Positions 1-8,816 of a stretch of DNA of 32,380 bases are shown here, piece by piece. A program made the translations under genes and the position numbers. This stretch comes from Planctomycetota bacterium. Its GTDB lineage: Bacteria; Planctomycetota; UBA1135; UBA2386. The stretch is taken from NCBI GenBank assembly GCA_947455805.1, contig CANGSN010000003.1, positions 1 to 32,380 on the forward strand, read 5' to 3'. The notes under the pieces were generated by a model. That model was not told the origin of the DNA. It saw nothing but the letters and a program-made list of their open reading frames with translations, and ran no database searches. The first letter of the stretch is position 1. Every line of letters begins with the position of its first letter.

Positions 1-345
1 CCGCTCGCCGGCCACTCGCTGCCCGCAGCGGCGCTGCCCGAGTTGCTCGCCCACGCCGCGAGCCTTCGCTTCTTCGTCGCCAACGACGTCGCGGTCGTGC
101 GTTCGCCCGGGCACACCTCGCTCGTCCTCGGCAGCGGCGAAGCCGCCGACATGGTGCTGCACAAGCCGCCGCACGGCGTGCACGACGAGACGCTGGCGCC
201 CGCCCTGCGCACACGCGGCACGGCGATCGAAGCCGGCGTGCCCGACGGCGAACTGCGGCGGCGCTTCGCGGCGTTCGGCGAACGCGAAGCGGTGTTGCCA
301 CCGGCGCTGGCGGCACGGCGCCGAGGCGAACCGGCCGCGCGCTGA
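1..345 (+). CDS. Hypothetical protein, 3' portion only (truncated by window start)
   Basis: Frame 1 is open from base 1 to TGA at 343-345, with high-GC-typical codon usage; no recognisable motif. Confidence 0.6.
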   Translation, partial: PLAGHSLPAAALPELLAHAASLRFFVANDVAVVRSPGHTSLVLGSGEAADMVLHKPPHGVHDETLAPALRTRGTAIEAGVPDGELRRRFAAFGEREAVLPPALAARRRGEPAAR

Positions 346-405
346 ACGCCGCCCCGGCACCGCACCCTCGCCCTGCGCGGGCACGGACCTAGACTGCGCG
401 CCCCC

Positions 406-2154
406 ATGCCCGCTGCTCCGGATCGCCGCCTGCTCGCCCTGTTGCTCGCCGCGGCGGCGTTCTGGACGTGGCTCGCGTTCGGCGTGCACACCGTCGAGAT
501 CATCGGCGGCGAACTCGACCAGTACGTCGTGCGCGCGCGCGCGATCCTCGCCGGCAGCGACAACAAGGATCCCTACCACCCAGCCGGCTATCCGCTGTGG
601 ATCGCGGCGCTCGGCTGGTGCGGCGTCGAACCGTTCGCCGCCGCGCGCGCGCTCGGCGTCGGCTTCGGCCTCGTGCTGCTGTGGGCGAGCCACGGCCTGG
701 CGCGACTCTGGCTGCCGCCGTTCGCGTCCCTGCTGGTGGCCGCGATCGTCGCGTTGTCCGAGTTCGTGGTGACCACCACCGTGCAGGCGTGCAGCGACGT
801 GCCGGCGGCGGCGATGGGCACCGTCGCCCTGCTGCACTGGTGCCGCGCCGCGCGCTTGGGCGTCACCACGCGCCAGCTCGTGCTCGGCGGCCTTTGCCTC
901 GGCATCGCCACGTCGTTCCGTTCGCCGGCCCTGTGGCTCGGCGCGGGCTTCCTGCCGCTGCTGTGGAACGTCGCCCCGGCACACCCGCTGCGCGAGCGGC
1001 TGCGCCGCGTCGGCTGGACCGCGCCGGCGCTGGTCGTCGGCCAGCTGCCGCACTTCGTCTGGTTCGCGCACGTGTTCGGCTCGCCGCTGCACAACCTCGC
1101 GTGGCACAGCCTCGTGCTGAAGTTCCATTGCCACTACGACGAACCACAGTGGCTGGCCGCAGCTCCGCGCTACGACGAGATCCTGCGCGCCGAGTGGACC
1201 TCGTGGCTGTGGCCGGCGGCGCGCGATGCGCTGCAATACCTCGGGTCCGGCCTCGCCAACGGCCTCGGCGTCGGCGTCGCGACGGCACCGGCGATCGCCC
1301 TGTCGCTCGCGGTGCTCGCCGGCTTCCTGCACGCGCTCTGGCGCGGCGATCGCGCGCGGGTCGTGCTGGCCCTGGCCACGCTCTGCTACGCCTCGCTGCT
1401 GGCCGCGATGTTCCGGCCGATGGACCGCTTCACGATCCCGCAGCTGCTGCCGGCCGTGCTCGCGCTGGCGGTGCCGTTCGCGCGCCGCGACGAAGCGCGG
1501 CGAGCCACCGCCGTGCTGGTGTTGCTGCTCGCCGTCGTCGCCTTCCGCGCCACCGACGTGCTGCGCGGTTTCCCGCTGCTGCACGCGCACGCCGAACGCG
1601 CCGCCGTCGCCGCACTCGGCGCCGAACGCGGCGAGCCGGCGCGCGCGCTGGTCTGGCCGTTCTTCGCGTTCGTCGGCGACGATCCGTGGACCGAACTGCG
1701 GCGACACCTGCACGCGTACGACCAGGAGTTCGCCGTGCTGTCGCGCACGACGTCGCGCCCCGCCATCGAGGCGCTGCTGGCGCAACCGCTGCCGCCAGAC
1801 TTCGCCATCGTGCGCAACGACGAACTGCTGGTGCTCGACGCGACGCACACGCCGACGCCATGGCTCGCGGCCGCGAGCGCCACGCCGCGCGATGGCGCGC
1901 TGCACCTGCAGCTCGAACGCACGACGACGGCGCCGGGCGACGACCCGATCTTGATGGCGGCGTTCCTGGTCGGCGTGCCACGCGACGGCGCCTTCGCTTG
2001 GCAGCACGTGCCGCTGGTCCCGACCGGCGAACGCAGCTACGCGTTCGACCTGCCCGCCGGTGCCCTGCGCGGCCTGCGCTGTCGCTTGGTGCCGGCCGTG
2101 ATCCACACCTCCGGCATGATCCGCCGCGGCACGCCGTTCGAGGTCACGCCGTGA
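406..2154 (+). CDS. Polytopic membrane glycosyltransferase, GT-C fold (ArnT/PMT, GT39/GT83-like), 582 aa
   Basis: Many hydrophobic helices; acidic first loop GGELDQY..RA...DPYHPAGYP; SDVP motif; R(F)xxP motif in a late loop; soluble C-terminal domain. Confidence 0.75.
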   Translation: MPAAPDRRLLALLLAAAAFWTWLAFGVHTVEIIGGELDQYVVRARAILAGSDNKDPYHPAGYPLWIAALGWCGVEPFAAARALGVGFGLVLLWASHGLARLWLPPFASLLVAAIVALSEFVVTTTVQACSDVPAAAMGTVALLHWCRAARLGVTTRQLVLGGLCLGIATSFRSPALWLGAGFLPLLWNVAPAHPLRERLRRVGWTAPALVVGQLPHFVWFAHVFGSPLHNLAWHSLVLKFHCHYDEPQWLAAAPRYDEILRAEWTSWLWPAARDALQYLGSGLANGLGVGVATAPAIALSLAVLAGFLHALWRGDRARVVLALATLCYASLLAAMFRPMDRFTIPQLLPAVLALAVPFARRDEARRATAVLVLLLAVVAFRATDVLRGFPLLHAHAERAAVAALGAERGEPARALVWPFFAFVGDDPWTELRRHLHAYDQEFAVLSRTTSRPAIEALLAQPLPPDFAIVRNDELLVLDATHTPTPWLAAASATPRDGALHLQLERTTTAPGDDPILMAAFLVGVPRDGAFAWQHVPLVPTGERSYAFDLPAGALRGLRCRLVPAVIHTSGMIRRGTPFEVTP

Positions 2155-3971
2155 CCGACACCACGACCAGCGCGGCGACGCACGGCGCGCGCGACCTGCG
2201 CACCGCGCTGCTGCTCGGCGCCGCCACAGCACTGGCGTTCGCGCTGCTCGGCCCGTGGCTGCATCCCGCCGCTGGCGTCGGCGGCGAGATGGACGACTAC
2301 GAAGGGCGCGCCATGCGCATGGCGAACGGTGAAGCCGCCGGCGATCCATACCACCCGTACGGTCCGTCCCTGCTGATGCTCGCCGCGATGCAGTTCGGCC
2401 TCGGGCCCCTGGCGGCCGGCCGGCTGGTCAGCGCCATCGCCGCCGGCGTGCTGGTCGCCGCCAGCCATCGCCTGCTGCGTGCGTTCGTCGGTCCGCGGAC
2501 CGCCGGGCTCGGCGCGCTCGCCGTCGCCACCACCGGCATCACGTTCGCCAACGCCATGCTCGCGAGCTCCGACATGCCGGCGGCGGCCTTCGTGGCGCTC
2601 GCCCTGCTCGGCTGGCAGCGCGCTGCGGCCTCGGCGCGCACGGCACTCGCCGCCAGGGCGACGTTCGCGGCAAGCGTGGCGTTCGGCCTGGCGCTGGCGT
2701 GCCGTTCGTCGTCGATGTTCGTCGCCGCCGGCGCCTTGCCGCTGTTCGTGTTCGTGCCCTGGCGAACGGCGCTCGCACGCATCGCCGTCACCGGCCTCGG
2801 CACGGCGCTCGGGCTCGCACCGCACTGGCTGGCGACGCGCATCTGGGGCGCTGGCCCGCCGCATCCCGGCAACGCCGCCAACCTGGTGCTGAAGTACCGC
2901 CTCGGCTTCGACTACGACCGCATCGGCCAGATGGATGCGGGGGCGATCCAGCAGGACCTGCGCGAGCACTGGTTCGAGTACCTGCAGCGCGGCCTCGGCG
3001 ACGTGTGGACGCTGCTGACGAACGACCTCGCGCGCGCGCTCACCACGAGCGCCCCCGGCCTCGTCACCGCAGCGCTCGCCCTCGTGCTCACGATCGCGCT
3101 GCTGCTCGGGCTCGTGACGCGCGACCGCCGCCAGCACACGCTGGCGCTCGCCGGTCTCGCCTACGCTGCGCTCCTCGGCCTGACGTTCACGCCGATCGAT
3201 CGCATGCTGCTGCCGCTGCTGCCAGCGACGGTGCCGATGCTGCTCGCCGCCGGCGCCCGCGTCGGTCCGCGCGTTGCCACAGCACTCGGCGCGCTGGTGC
3301 TGGCGACCACGCTGGCGTCGCTGCCGCGCGCCGCCGAGGACTTCGCCGGCATGCAGGTCGACGAGCACTTCGCGGCGATGCGCGAACGCGTGCAGCGCGA
3401 CAGCCGGCCGCTGGTGTTCCTGTGCGACTTCGGCCGCACCGGCGACGTGCCCGGTGCGTTGCTGCTCGCGACGTTCGCAGGTTGGCGCGGCCTCGCCCCC
3501 GACGCGCAAGTCGCGTGGTTGCGCGACCAGGTCGAACGCCACCACGCCGACTACGTCGTCTACAGCCGCGGGCGTTCGCACGAACTGCTGGCCACACTGC
3601 GCAGCGCGACCTTGCCGCCGGGCTGGACGATCGAACGCGACGACGCGGTGTTCGTGCTGCGCGTGCCGCCGCCGCCGGTGCTCGGCGACTGGCAGACGCG
3701 CGTCGTCCGCGACGGCAACGAGCACGTGCTGAGCTTCCAGGTGCCGCCGCTGCCGAACGGTGGTGTCGTCGCCTCGGCGGGCTTCGTCGTGCGCAGCCCG
3801 GACGGGTCGACGCAGCTGCTGCCGGCGGCGAAGCGGGAGGACGGTTCCTACGAGCTGCGCGTGCCGGTGGCGCCGACGCTGGTCGGTGCGCACGGCCTGA
3901 CGCCGGTCGTCATCGCCGAGCCGGGCGGCGTGATCCGCGGCACGCCGCTCGAACACACGTTCACGAACTGA
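2151..3971 (+). CDS. Second GT-C fold membrane glycosyltransferase, paralogue of 406..2154, 606 aa
   Basis: GTG at 2151 overlaps the upstream TGA (GTGA coupling). Shares GGEMDDY..RA...DPYHPYG, SDMP, LVLKY, DRMLLP and the terminal IRGTP motif with the upstream gene. Confidence 0.75.
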   Translation: MTDTTTSAATHGARDLRTALLLGAATALAFALLGPWLHPAAGVGGEMDDYEGRAMRMANGEAAGDPYHPYGPSLLMLAAMQFGLGPLAAGRLVSAIAAGVLVAASHRLLRAFVGPRTAGLGALAVATTGITFANAMLASSDMPAAAFVALALLGWQRAAASARTALAARATFAASVAFGLALACRSSSMFVAAGALPLFVFVPWRTALARIAVTGLGTALGLAPHWLATRIWGAGPPHPGNAANLVLKYRLGFDYDRIGQMDAGAIQQDLREHWFEYLQRGLGDVWTLLTNDLARALTTSAPGLVTAALALVLTIALLLGLVTRDRRQHTLALAGLAYAALLGLTFTPIDRMLLPLLPATVPMLLAAGARVGPRVATALGALVLATTLASLPRAAEDFAGMQVDEHFAAMRERVQRDSRPLVFLCDFGRTGDVPGALLLATFAGWRGLAPDAQVAWLRDQVERHHADYVVYSRGRSHELLATLRSATLPPGWTIERDDAVFVLRVPPPPVLGDWQTRVVRDGNEHVLSFQVPPLPNGGVVASAGFVVRSPDGSTQLLPAAKREDGSYELRVPVAPTLVGAHGLTPVVIAEPGGVIRGTPLEHTFTN

Positions 3972-4010
3972 CCGGTGGCGGTGTCCCACGCGCGCGACCG
4001 AGGCGACCGC

Positions 4011-5564
4011 TCAGCGCGGAGCCGTGGGCAGTGTCTGGCCATTCAGCACCCGCAGACGCGGCAGCGAGCGCAGGCGCTTGAAGGTCTCCAAGTCGCTGAG
4101 GAACCCATGCTGCAGATCGAGCTCCTCGAGCCCGGTCATGGCGACGAGCGTCTCGAGGCTGGCCGCGGTGAGGCGCATCTGGCGCAGATCGAGGGCGCGC
4201 AGCTTCGGCATCGTCGCCAAGAAGGCGATACCGCGATCGGTGATGCGATCACAGGCCGCGAGCGACAACCGCTGCAGGCCCGGCAGGTGCTCGGCGATCG
4301 CCTGCAACAGGGCATCCGGATAGTCGCCGCACAGTTCCAGCGACTCGAGTCCGCGGGGCAGGCCGGCGACGAAGTCGACGCCGTCCAACTGCCCGCCGAA
4401 GGCGCCGAGCACGCGCAGGCTGCCACCACCCACCGCGTTCGCGCCACCGAGCAGAGCCAGCTGCGAGCTGCGCCAGTGGCCGCTGCCGATGTCGAGCGAA
4501 CGCAGACGCGATGCCGTGCCGAGGGCCAGCAGGGTCGCCTCGCCCGGCCCCATGCCGATCCGATCGGCGTGCCGCTGGGCGCGGGCGCGCACGACGCGGC
4601 CGATGTCGTCGTCGGCCTCGGTGCCGTTGCGCCAGTTCATGCCGTCGATCGCCGACAGGTCGAGTTCCTCGAGCTCCGGCAGTTCGGCGAGACGCGCCAG
4701 CACGCTGTCGTGAAGCTGCTGGCAGCCGCGCAGCGACAGCCGACGAAGCGTGCGACAACCGAGCAAAGCGACGACACCGTCGTCGACGAACCCGTGGTTG
4801 AACGACAGGTCGAGCCTGCGCAGCCACCGCGCGCGTGGCAGCAGGGCCAGCAGCTCGTCGTCGGTGTCCATGCAGCGCATCGTCAGCGACGTCAGCAGCG
4901 GCAGCGCTTCGAGTGCTGCGGCGAACACCGGGCGCTCCGCCGGGCCGAGGCGGCCGAGGCGCACGGTCCCCGACAGCTCGAGGCGACGCAGCTTCGGGAA
5001 GCCGAGCAGCACGGGCCAGCTGGCGGCAGTGACATGACGAGGATCGCTCGGGGCCACGGTCTTCAAGCCGAGCCCGAACGACTCGTTCCACGGTTCGCGC
5101 ACACGCAGGACCTGCAGTTCACGCAGCGGCGCCAGCGCCGCGATCACTTCGTCGTCGCCGCCGACGACCTCCACCGCGCGGGTGTCGTTCGGCAAGGCCT
5201 TGGCGGAGGCCACGTCGTGTACGAACACCACGGCCGGCTCCACGGCGGGGTCCTGTTCTGGGTCGACCGCGTGCGTCGGCTCGAGCTCGACACAGGTCGG
5301 CGTTCGCGCCCACACCGCGACGCCGACCACGACCGACGCGGCGAGCAGCACCGTCGCGGCCGTCAGCCAGTTCGCCGTCCGCGTCCTCGGCGCAGGCTGC
5401 GCCGCGAGCCGCGCCTGCACGCCAGCGAGCAGGTCGGGCGGCTCCGCGCCGCCGAGCCGTTCGGCCAGGGCCCAGTCCATCACCGGGTCGTCCGGTGCGC
5501 GCACCGGCTCTCGATCGCCAGCAGGACCAGAAGGCTGACCGGGCCTGTCGTCGTCGTTCGTCAT
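4011..5564 (-). CDS. Single-pass membrane protein with leucine-rich-repeat C-terminal domain; putative anti-sigma factor, 517 aa
   Basis: ATG at 5564 overlaps the sigma-factor TGA (ATGA). Short N-terminal segment DPVMDWALAERLGG..PPDL, TM helix WLTAATVLLAASVVVGVAVW, then about 12-13 LRRs (LRRLELSGT, LRRLDLSFN, LRRLSLRGC, LEELDLSAI, LQRLSLAACDRITDRGI, LRALDLRQM). Confidence 0.8.
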   Translation of the reverse strand: MTNDDDRPGQPSGPAGDREPVRAPDDPVMDWALAERLGGAEPPDLLAGVQARLAAQPAPRTRTANWLTAATVLLAASVVVGVAVWARTPTCVELEPTHAVDPEQDPAVEPAVVFVHDVASAKALPNDTRAVEVVGGDDEVIAALAPLRELQVLRVREPWNESFGLGLKTVAPSDPRHVTAASWPVLLGFPKLRRLELSGTVRLGRLGPAERPVFAAALEALPLLTSLTMRCMDTDDELLALLPRARWLRRLDLSFNHGFVDDGVVALLGCRTLRRLSLRGCQQLHDSVLARLAELPELEELDLSAIDGMNWRNGTEADDDIGRVVRARAQRHADRIGMGPGEATLLALGTASRLRSLDIGSGHWRSSQLALLGGANAVGGGSLRVLGAFGGQLDGVDFVAGLPRGLESLELCGDYPDALLQAIAEHLPGLQRLSLAACDRITDRGIAFLATMPKLRALDLRQMRLTAASLETLVAMTGLEELDLQHGFLSDLETFKRLRSLPRLRVLNGQTLPTAPR

Positions 5565-6106
5565 CGTTCTCGCCTCCGTTCGATGCAGCTCCGCAGCACA
5601 GCACGCAGGCGCTGCAGCAGCGTGCGCACGCCGTGTTCGCCGAGGCCGAGCTCGGCGCCGAGTTCGGCACGTCCGAGGCCATCGCGGTAGGTCCGCTCCA
5701 ACGCGATCCGCGAACGCTCCGGCAGTTCGCCAAGGCAGCGGTCGAGCGCCGCCAGCCAGCCGGCACCGTCGAGGTCGCCGCGCCTCAGCAGATCGCGCTG
5801 CCAGGCCTGTTCCGCAGCTTCCGCGTGCAGGGCAGCACGACGTCGCTCGCCGCGCTGCTCGCGCAGCCACAGGTGCTTCGCCGTCTGCCGCAGGAACGCC
5901 GCCGCCTCCGCACCGCTCCACGCGAGCACACCGCGCTGCAGCGCCACCACCAGGGCATCCTGCGCGATCGCCTCGGCTTGCTGGCCCCGGCAACCGAGCA
6001 CGTGCAGGAAGCGCCACACGGCGGCCTGATGGCCACGGACGAAGGCCGCGACGTGCTCGTCGCGATCGGTGGCTGGTTGCGTCGGCGGTTCGCTCAAGCG
6101 GGTCAC
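5561..6106 (-). CDS. ECF-type sigma-70 factor
   Basis: Region 2 (FVRGHQAAVWRFL..LG....AEAIAQD, AFLRQTAKHLWL) and region 4 (LDRCLGELPERSR..L...Y.DGL...ELG.ELG.....VRTLLQRLR). Start uncertain: in-frame GTG 6130, GTG 6106 (preceded by GGGGGA) or TTG 6097. Confidence 0.85.
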   Translation of the reverse strand: MTRLSEPPTQPATDRDEHVAAFVRGHQAAVWRFLHVLGCRGQQAEAIAQDALVVALQRGVLAWSGAEAAAFLRQTAKHLWLREQRGERRRAALHAEAAEQAWQRDLLRRGDLDGAGWLAALDRCLGELPERSRIALERTYRDGLGRAELGAELGLGEHGVRTLLQRLRAVLRSCIERRRER

Positions 6107-6162
6107 GCGCCACAGTCCCCCGTCGAGCACCAGGAGTACGCAGCGAACCCGGAAAACCCGGG

Positions 6163-7194
6163 TCAGGACGTCGGCGCCGCTGGCTGGCGATCGCGCAGGC
6201 GCAGCTGCCCGCACGCCGCCTCGGCATCAGGCCCGCTCGAGTCGCGGATCGTCGCCAGGATGCCGCGGCTCTTCACTGCGCGCACCATGGCGATGATGCG
6301 CTCGCGGCTCGGCGCCGCGAACGGCAGCCCGTCGACCGGGTTGTAGACGATGAAGTTCACGTAGCCGCGCACGCCCTGCAGCAGCGTGCACAGTTCGTCG
6401 ACGTCCTGGTCGGTGTCGTTGATGCCCGCCAGCATCGTCCACTCGATCTGCACCGGCGTGCCGACCTCGCGCGCATAGGCGTCGGCGGCCGCGGCGATCT
6501 CCGGCAGCGGGTCCTTGTGCGCGCGCGGCAGCAGTTCGCGGCGCTTCTGCTCGTTGGCGCTGTGCAGCGACCACGCGAGGCACGGCTTGACCGCGAACTG
6601 GCGCATGCGTTCGAGCGGCTTCACACCGCCGACGGTCGAGAACGTCTGCTTCTTCGCCGAGATCAGCACCTCGTCGCGGATGCGCGCCACCGCGGCCATG
6701 ACGTTGTCGAGGTTGTGCGACGGCTCGCCCATGCCCATGAACACGATGCGGTCGATGCGCATCACGCGCCGCGCGTGCACGATCTGCTCGACGATCTCGT
6801 CGGTCGACAGGTGGCGCTCGACGCCGAACAGGCCCGACGCGCAGAAGCGGCAGCCGACCGCGCAGCCGACCTGCGTCGACACGCAGCAGGCGCCGACCGG
6901 CATCGCCACCGTCTCGACCTTCTTGCCGTCGCGCAGCTCGAGCAGCAGCTTGACGGTGCCGTCCTTGGCGCGCGTCTCCGCGGCGACGCGCGTCACCAGG
7001 CCGGCGTCGAGCCACTGCTGCAGCACGACCTTCTCGTCCGGTGCGAGCCGCATGCCGTGCTTGTCGAAGTCGACCAGCGTCGGCGTGCGACCGGCGGCCA
7101 CGAGGCGGCGCGCCAGCAGCGCCTTGGCCTCGGGCAGGGCCTTCTGCAGGCCGGAGAGGCCGGAGCCGATCAGGGGTGCGGTCGCGTCCGTCAT
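6163..7194 (-). CDS. rlmN: RlmN/Cfr-family radical SAM RNA methyltransferase, 343 aa
   Basis: CVSTQVGCAVGCRFC (CxxxCxxC plus the preceding catalytic Cys), FMGMGEP, SLH, GINDT, VNFI.YNP and C-terminal AACGQL. The N-terminus is atypical, so it may be a paralogue rather than the housekeeping enzyme. Confidence 0.88.
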   Translation of the reverse strand: MTDATAPLIGSGLSGLQKALPEAKALLARRLVAAGRTPTLVDFDKHGMRLAPDEKVVLQQWLDAGLVTRVAAETRAKDGTVKLLLELRDGKKVETVAMPVGACCVSTQVGCAVGCRFCASGLFGVERHLSTDEIVEQIVHARRVMRIDRIVFMGMGEPSHNLDNVMAAVARIRDEVLISAKKQTFSTVGGVKPLERMRQFAVKPCLAWSLHSANEQKRRELLPRAHKDPLPEIAAAADAYAREVGTPVQIEWTMLAGINDTDQDVDELCTLLQGVRGYVNFIVYNPVDGLPFAAPSRERIIAMVRAVKSRGILATIRDSSGPDAEAACGQLRLRDRQPAAPTS

Positions 7195-7333
7195 GCGGGG
7201 CGCAAAGTGTGCCGCGGTGCGCGCGCGGCGCCATCCCTGGCTCACCGGCTTCGCGACGGCGAACGGCTGCGCGCCGGCACGAGCGCGATACCACCGCCCG
7301 AAGGCGCGCGCCCCCGCACTACGCCCAACGGCG

Positions 7334-7353
7334 ATGCTTGTCATGTCAACCAT
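7334..7353. promoter_or_regulatory. Palindromic operator, probably the MarR autoregulatory site
   Basis: ATGCTTGTCATGTCAACCAT matches its reverse complement at 16 of 20 positions, is AT-rich in a GC-rich background, and overlaps the -35 upstream of marR. Confidence 0.65.
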
Positions 7354-7366
7354 TGCGGTCGATACT
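7338..7366 (+). promoter_or_regulatory. Sigma70-like promoter of the marR-dioxygenase operon
   Basis: TTGTCA (7338-7343), 17-nt spacer, GATACT (7361-7366), then 6 nt to an in-frame GTG at 7373. Confidence 0.6.
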
Positions 7367-7372
7367 GATCCG

Positions 7373-7906
7373 GTGAACGCGACCCCGCCGAAGCCCCCGC
7401 CCGACGCACCGCTCGACCCCGACAGCGTGCAGGCGGCGCTCAAGCAGCGGCGGCCGTTCCGTTCGCGCCGGCAGGAGACGTTCCTGTGCCTGCTGCTGAC
7501 CGCGGAAGCGACGCGCTGGCCGCTGCTCGACCTGCTCGCCGGCCACGACGAGCTGACGCCGCAGCAATACAACGTGCTGCGCATCCTGCGCGGGGCCGGC
7601 GCCGACGGGTTGCCGACGCTCGAGATCGGCACGCGCATGATCGAACGCACGCCCGGCGTCACGCGGCTGATCGACCGCATGGAGAAGAAGGCGCTGGTGA
7701 CGCGCCAACGCGACCGCGGCGACCGCCGGCAGGTGATCTGCCGCATCACCGAACGCGGCCTCGCCCTGCTGAAGAAGCTCGACAAGCCGATCGACGGGCT
7801 CGAGGACGCAGCGATGGCGGCGCTGAGCGACGCCGAGGTCGAAGCCCTGCTGCCGCTGCTGAACAAGGTGCGGTTGCAGCTGACGCGAGGTCGCGCCCGT
7901 GGCTGA
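7373..7906 (+). CDS. MarR-family transcriptional regulator
   Basis: LTPQQYNVLRILRGA, TRLIDRMEKKALVTR, DRRQVICRITERG winged-helix signature. Start placed at GTG 7373 from promoter geometry; in-frame ATGs at 7334 and 7343 lie within the promoter/operator. Confidence 0.9.
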   Translation: MNATPPKPPPDAPLDPDSVQAALKQRRPFRSRRQETFLCLLLTAEATRWPLLDLLAGHDELTPQQYNVLRILRGAGADGLPTLEIGTRMIERTPGVTRLIDRMEKKALVTRQRDRGDRRQVICRITERGLALLKKLDKPIDGLEDAAMAALSDAEVEALLPLLNKVRLQLTRGRARG

Positions 7907-8816
7907 ACGCACCGACGCCGGCCTCGATCGACGCGCCTTCGTGCGCACTTCGCTCGGCGCCCTCGCGGCGGCGAGCTGTTCGCCGACACCGCCGATCACC
8001 GCTCCGACGCCCGCTCCCGAATCCGCGATGCCCGACGCAATGACGGCGACCATGCCGGTCGTGTTCGTGTCCCACGGCGCTCCGACGATGGCGCTCGATC
8101 GCGAGGCCGGCGCCGACTTCGCCCGCATGGCACAGGCACTGCCGAAGCCGCGCGCGGTGCTCGTCGTGTCCGCGCACTGGCTCGACGCCCCGGCGACGAT
8201 CGGCACGCGCAGTCGCCGCGAACTGCTGTACGACTTCTCCGGCTTCCCGGCGGAGCTCTACCGCGTGCGCTACGAAGCGCCCGCCGCCGCCGACGTCGCC
8301 GACGAACTGCAGCGCGCGGTGCCGTCGCTGCAGCGCGCCGACGAACGGCCGTGGGACCACGGCGTCTGGGTGCCGCTGGTGCACATGTTCCCCCGCGCCT
8401 CTGTGCCGGTGCTGCAGGTGTCGGTGCCGTACCGCTGGTCGCCGCGGCAACTGTTCGAGCTCGGGCGTTCGCTGGCACCGCTGCGGCAGCAAGGCGTGCT
8501 TGTGCTCGGCAGCGGCGGCATGGTGCACAACCTCGGCCGCCTCGACTGGAAGGGCGGCTCGGTGCCACCGGCGTGGGCCGCGAACTTCGAGGGCTGGGTG
8601 CGCGAACGGCTGCGCACCGGCGACCTGGACGGCCTGCTCGCCTACCGCGAGAAGGCGCCCGACCTGCAGCTCGCGCATCCGACCGACGACCACTTCCTGC
8701 CGCTGCTGGTCGCCGCCGGTGCTGCGGCGGGCGCGGGTGCTTCGGCACCGGTGACGTTCCCGATCGAAGGCTTCGAGTTCGGCTCGCTGAGCCGGCTAGC
8801 GGTCCGCTTCGGTTGA
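7899..8816 (+). CDS. ygiD: Class III (LigB/DODA-type) extradiol ring-cleavage dioxygenase with Tat-lipoprotein-like N-terminus
   Basis: VFVSHGAP, VVSAHW, YDFSGFP..LY, DHGVWVPL..MFP, GSGGMVHNL, AHPTDDHFLPL. N-terminal DRRAFV...LAAASC. GTG start overlaps the marR end and follows GAGG. Confidence 0.88.
   Translation: MAERTDAGLDRRAFVRTSLGALAAASCSPTPPITAPTPAPESAMPDAMTATMPVVFVSHGAPTMALDREAGADFARMAQALPKPRAVLVVSAHWLDAPATIGTRSRRELLYDFSGFPAELYRVRYEAPAAADVADELQRAVPSLQRADERPWDHGVWVPLVHMFPRASVPVLQVSVPYRWSPRQLFELGRSLAPLRQQGVLVLGSGGMVHNLGRLDWKGGSVPPAWAANFEGWVRERLRTGDLDGLLAYREKAPDLQLAHPTDDHFLPLLVAAGAAAGAGASAPVTFPIEGFEFGSLSRLAVRFG

Noticed and set aside
468-2150. N-terminal half of the 1167-aa ORF 468..3971, suggesting a giant fusion or overlapping gene
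   Set aside because: Arg/Ala/Pro-rich shadow frame of the 406..2154 gene; the real protein starts at GTG 2151.
6147-6163. Hairpin ACCCGG-N5-CCGGGT at the rlmN stop as a terminator
   Set aside because: Only a 6-bp stem and no U-tract; could be chance or part of the ECF promoter.
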